Positions 63,111-64,000 of a stretch of 64,000 nt of DNA are shown piece by piece. A program made the translations under genes and the position numbers. The notes beneath the pieces are model-generated. The model was not told the DNA's origin. It did not search any database and was given only the letters and a program-made list of their open reading frames with translations. The number at the start of each line of letters is the position of its first letter. Position 1 is the first letter of the stretch. The stretch is taken from the NCBI GenBank assembly GCA_951804945.1, contig OX638153.1, positions 32,426,001 through 32,490,000 on the forward strand, read 5' to 3'. The DNA is from Podarcis cretensis. Its lineage: Eukaryota.

Positions 63111-64000
63111 TCAGACACTCTTTGTCCTAAGGGTTATCCTCTAAAGAACACAACATGAAACACAAGGAAAAGGGATTGTGAAGCAAGATGCAAAAAGTAT
63201 GATAGCAGCTGGTTCAGTTGCCTAGGTGCATGGGAATATATCCATTCTGGATCCAAGTGTACACATTATAAAGATCAGGTGTGCACTGCATCGATTCTTC
63301 TGACCTGGCATGATATTTACCACCCTGTTCCCCTTTTCTTTTTCCTTTTCTGCTGTTTCTCTTCTCCTTGTGCTTTCTGCTCATGAATTCATGCCTAAGC
63401 TTTTTATTCTGCCCACCCAAACCTTCAGGGCAGGATGGCTCCTCAGAAGCCCATCTGGTGCTTCCGTTAAAGTGACTACAACAGTAGTTTCGAATGCAAG
63501 CAAACTTCGGCACAAAAACAAGTGTTGCCTCTTGACAATAGAGCTTTAACTCCCACTCCATAACAGAATGTGAAATATTTAGCAATTCAACACAACTTAC
63601 TAATGTTGGCATTTTTCAGCAGTGTGCTGAATTCCACTCCAAACTGTGAGTTAAGACTGTGATATCAATGGTGACAATTGCCTTTTGGTAAAAGTCTGAC
63701 TAATTGCATACACTTCCAGAAAAGCAGAGGCAAGCTCTTGCTTTCAAAGTTAAAGGAACAAATAATCACAGGCATAGAGAGCTCTGTGTTTCCTATGAAT
63801 AAAACAGAGTAGCAAGAGATGAAGTCCCCTTGTATGAAGACATATCATCACCATAAACTTTGTTGCACTAGCCAAAGGCCATGGCATCATTCACAAAGGG
63901 AACAAAAAAGAAAAGCAACAATAACCATAAAACAAGACATATCAATAGTCCCCCAGGCCTAGTATGGCCAGACCCACAAATGGGGAATCTGTGGCCCTCA

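Noticed and set aside
63672-63700. Possible first ASCC1 coding exon (the minus strand reads DFYQK)
   Set aside because: No upstream MEVLRP-like sequence or acidic run, and no GT donor; a chance match. The exon is probably outside the window.

Overview
Eukaryotic (squamate, probably lacertid lizard) genomic DNA. Sauria SINEs, Squam3-like SINEs, BovB and CR1 support this. The window holds most of ASCC1 on the minus strand: eight coding exons from 61356 down to the stop at 7817, with an intact KH GxxG loop and both 2H-phosphoesterase HxT motifs. I could not find the first coding exon, which probably lies beyond the right edge. The introns are packed with mobile elements: a near full-length CR1 LINE, a BovB 3' fragment, SINEs and many TcMar and hAT MITEs. 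Two element families stand out, each present in two copies and each carrying a single ORF I cannot assign. (1) A ~1.85-kb poly(A)-tailed, TSD-flanked, RT-less retroelement (32824-34676 +, 42834-44710 -). Its ~190-aa ORF stays essentially open in both copies despite strong protein divergence, and ends in a shared DL[KR]ASDVRxPG-stop motif. (2) An ~825-bp TG...CA solo-LTR-like element (9516-10342 -, 36961-37785 +) almost filled by a 219-codon ORF, acidic at the N-terminus and Arg-rich near the C-terminus. All coordinates and alignments were done by eye; no database search was run.
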